In this document: piece by piece, positions 61,583 through 64,000 of the stretch | Layout of the letters: the number at the start of each line of letters is the position of its first letter | Position numbering within the stretch: the first letter of the stretch is position 1 | Assembly: GCA_048941015.1 (NCBI GenBank) | Contig: JBHLNZ010000006.1 | Location: 18,431 to 82,430, forward strand | Direction of reading: 5' to 3' | Source: Promethearchaeota archaeon | Lineage (GTDB): Archaea; Asgardarchaeota; Lokiarchaeia; Sigyniarchaeales; SOKP01 | DNA length: 64,000 bases | Program-made: the position numbers and the translations under genes | The notes under the pieces: generated by a model | Told to the model about the DNA's origin: nothing | The model's input: only the letters and a program-made list of their open reading frames with translations | Databases searched by the model: none

Positions 61583-63574
61583 ATTTCAGACGTAAGAAAA
61601 AAACTATGGAAGCCTTCCAAAGAATGGATAGAAAAAGCGGAAGTATCCAAATTTATTGAACTTGTAAATAAAAAGTATGACCAACACATTAAGGATGGAA
61701 AAGCCTTATATAAATGGTCAGTTCAAGACATAGAACATTTTTGGGCTGCAATGTGGGAATTCGGAGGAATCATTACTTCTAAAGATTATGATAGCGTAAT
61801 TGAAGATATTAATATATTTCCAGGGACAAAATGGTTTCCTGGAGCAGAATTGAACTTTGCAGAGAATCTATTAAAGTATAAAGACGATCAATTAGCTTTT
61901 ATTTTCCAAGGAGAAACAAAAAAGACGGTTAAAATAACTTATAAAGAGCTAAATAATACCGTTGCAAAATTAGCGAAATCACTACGTCAAATGGGCGTTA
62001 AAAAAGGTGATCGAATTGTATCATATATTCCAAATTTAATTGAAACACCCATTGCTATGTTAGCCACGACTAGCATTGGAGCAATATGGGCATCTTGCGG
62101 TGCTGAACTTCAATCAAACGCGGTAATTGACCGATTTGGTCAAATTGAACCCAAAGTTCTTTTTGCAGTTGATGGATATTATTATAGAGATAAAGTCTTC
62201 GATACCATTCCAAATACAAAAGCAGTTGTTGATGCAATTCCTTCAATTGAAAAGGTTGTAGTTGTCTCTTATGCATCAGATGGAAAACCTGATATAAGTG
62301 CTATACCAAAGGCAGTTCACTGGGAAGATTTTATTTCCAAAGAGGAAGCTCCAGAAATGCTTTTTGAGCAAGTGCCATTCGATCATCCCGTTTATGTTAT
62401 GTTCTCATCTGGTACCACGGGAAAACCAAAATGCATGGTTCAGAGTGGTGGAGGAGTGCTTATAAATCATTTAAAGGAATTAATTTTGTCTACAGATTTA
62501 AAACGTACTGATGTTATTAATTATATTACGGCTCCAAGTTGGATGATGTGGAATTGGTTGATATCCTCTCTAGCAGTAGGAGCAACTATCTTTCTTTATG
62601 ATGGAAATCCGCTCTATCCTCACAATTTAAGAATGTTTGAACTAATTGAGAAATATGGAATCTCAATATTTGGCGTTTCAGCTACTTATCTTCATTACCT
62701 CATGGGGCAAGGAGAAAAACCAAAAGAAAAATATAATTTATCATTATTACGTGAGATCTCACAAACTGCAAGTACCTTAAGCCCAGAAGGTTTTGAATGG
62801 GTTTATAAGTGGATTAAGAAGGATCTATACTTTAATTCTATTTCAGGGGGAACAGATATAAATGGATGTTTTGCTGGAGCACTTCCGATTCTTCCAGTTT
62901 ATTCTGGTGAATTGCAGGGAAAAGCATTAGGTATGAAAGTTCAAGCTTATGATGAAACGGGAAAGCCTGTACAAGATGTTCAAGCAGAACTTATTTGTGA
63001 AGCTCCTGCTCCTTCAATGCCTATTTACTTTTGGGGTGATGATGAGAATATGACAAAATACAAAGTTGCTTACTTTGAATTCTACAAGGATCAAGGAATA
63101 AACGTTTGGCGACATGGAGATTGGATCGTAGAACATAGTGATACAGGAGGGATAACATTTTGGGGTCGATCAGATGCAACATTAAAGCCATCAGGGGTTC
63201 GCATCGGTACATCAGAGATTTATAATGTTGTAGAACAGCTCCCAGAAGTAGCAGATAGTTTAGCTATTGGGCTTCCAGATGAACAAGGGAATGTTAATAT
63301 CATCTTATTTGTACAACTTATTGAAGGCAAAGAATTAACTGAAGATCTCAAAGATCAAATTAAAAAAACAATTAGATCAAAAACATCCCCTAGACATGTT
63401 CCTTCAAAGATTATACCCATTCCTGAGGAAGGTATTCCGTACACATTTTCGGGTAAAAAGGTGGAAATTGCAGTCACTAAAATTTTACGAGGAATATCAG
63501 TAGCTAATCGCGGAGCCCTTCGCAACCCAGAATCCCTAGATTTCTACATGGAAATGAAGGATAAGCTTCAATAA
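61583..63574 (+). CDS. Acetoacetate-CoA ligase (AMP-forming); start probably ATT at 61583, upstream of the track's 61751
   Basis: WFPGAELNFAENLL, FSSGTTGKPKC, SGGTD, WRHGD and GRSDATLKPSGVRIG. The in-frame upstream KKLWKPS...LYKWSV...FW is typical N-terminal sequence for the family. Confidence 0.9.
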   Translation: MSDVRKKLWKPSKEWIEKAEVSKFIELVNKKYDQHIKDGKALYKWSVQDIEHFWAAMWEFGGIITSKDYDSVIEDINIFPGTKWFPGAELNFAENLLKYKDDQLAFIFQGETKKTVKITYKELNNTVAKLAKSLRQMGVKKGDRIVSYIPNLIETPIAMLATTSIGAIWASCGAELQSNAVIDRFGQIEPKVLFAVDGYYYRDKVFDTIPNTKAVVDAIPSIEKVVVVSYASDGKPDISAIPKAVHWEDFISKEEAPEMLFEQVPFDHPVYVMFSSGTTGKPKCMVQSGGGVLINHLKELILSTDLKRTDVINYITAPSWMMWNWLISSLAVGATIFLYDGNPLYPHNLRMFELIEKYGISIFGVSATYLHYLMGQGEKPKEKYNLSLLREISQTASTLSPEGFEWVYKWIKKDLYFNSISGGTDINGCFAGALPILPVYSGELQGKALGMKVQAYDETGKPVQDVQAELICEAPAPSMPIYFWGDDENMTKYKVAYFEFYKDQGINVWRHGDWIVEHSDTGGITFWGRSDATLKPSGVRIGTSEIYNVVEQLPEVADSLAIGLPDEQGNVNIILFVQLIEGKELTEDLKDQIKKTIRSKTSPRHVPSKIIPIPEEGIPYTFSGKKVEIAVTKILRGISVANRGALRNPESLDFYMEMKDKLQ

Positions 63575-63609
63575 TTAAAAATTTTTTTTTATTTATTAAT
63601 TAGATTTAT

Positions 63610-63810
63610 TCAGACATAAAACAATAGCCATATACATAAGATAGTTTCAAATAAAATTGCTGATATACCGATACCTGCTAGGAAATTAAGTTATTTTGTT
63701 TTAGGTCTTACAAGTTTTAATCCATTAAAAAAGCCAACGGAAACGCTGGTAACAATTCCTAACCATCCAATAAAAGGAGATATTAATCTCCGAACACAGA
63801 ATAAAAATCA
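63610..63810 (-). pseudogene. Decayed fragment of a membrane-protein gene
   Basis: Reads ...ISPFIGWLGIVTSVSVGFFNGLKLVRPKTK*LNFLAGIGISAILFETILCIWLLFYV*, with an internal stop and no start. Confidence 0.45.
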
Positions 63811-63871
63811 TTCAGTTAAAAGACTATTGGGTCCAAAATAAATGCAATATTAATATTTCATTAAATCCTTT

Positions 63872-64000
63872 TTAGTCTGGAATGTTACAAAAATAGCAAG
63901 TATCCCATTTAAAAATTTTTAAAGAAGAATTGACATCAATTTTTTGTACGCCATCAAGCGTTTGAATATTCTCTCGAATAAAATTCCAAAGTTCCTTTTC
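63872..64000 (-). CDS. 3' end of a probable Lrp/AsnC-family regulator (5'-partial)
   Basis: EKELWNFIRENIQTLDGVQKIDVNSSLKIFK resembles the RAM-domain C-terminus. Confidence 0.55.
   Translation of the reverse strand, partial: EKELWNFIRENIQTLDGVQKIDVNSSLKIFKWDTCYFCNIPD

Noticed and set aside
10711-63212. Many 60-112-aa ORFs overlapping long genes (e.g. 22344-22679, 35396-35641, 51012-51350, 56307-56609)
   Set aside because: They lie antisense or in alternate frames to well-supported genes and have no motifs.
63683-63700. In-frame TAA in the membrane-protein remnant as a second mRNA intron
   Set aside because: No hairpin or BHB geometry, and the 5' part of the gene is missing; ordinary decay fits better.
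1-64000. CRISPR array, rRNA, integrase/provirus, selenoprotein with SECIS
   Set aside because: No regularly spaced repeats, rRNA-like GC-rich segment, viral hallmark gene or in-frame TGA at a catalytic Cys position was seen by eye.

Overview
AT-rich archaeal DNA that reads as Asgard archaea, most likely Lokiarchaeia. Supporting signs are an archaeal histone, Lsm, roadblock-fused Rab-like GTPases, a longin-like protein, a RING-H2 protein and a Loki-type C-terminal sorting signal. Most of the window is housekeeping or metabolic: thiC, thiDN, leuB-like, AOR/ADH, lpdA, glycerate kinase and acyl-CoA ligases. It also holds a solo TnpB element, a large multidomain subtilase and a >3,300-aa surface protein (10001 to <1) that the ORF track misses. 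The top finding is an unannotated C2H2 zinc-finger gene (54524-54799) interrupted by a 30-nt, stop-containing hairpin insert. The insert has bulge-helix-bulge (BHB)-like geometry, and its precise removal restores the zinc finger, so it is a candidate tRNA-endonuclease-spliced mRNA intron. Its length and junctions resemble the 30-nt T-loop intron of a doubly interrupted tRNA-Arg(CCT) at 40655-40777. Other notable items are tandem Roadblock-Rab-pseudoGTPase paralogues, a possible adaptor/coat-like cluster (mu-homology-like, BBS2-like propeller, longin-like) and probable ATT start codons. All calls come from reading the sequence by eye; no searches were run.
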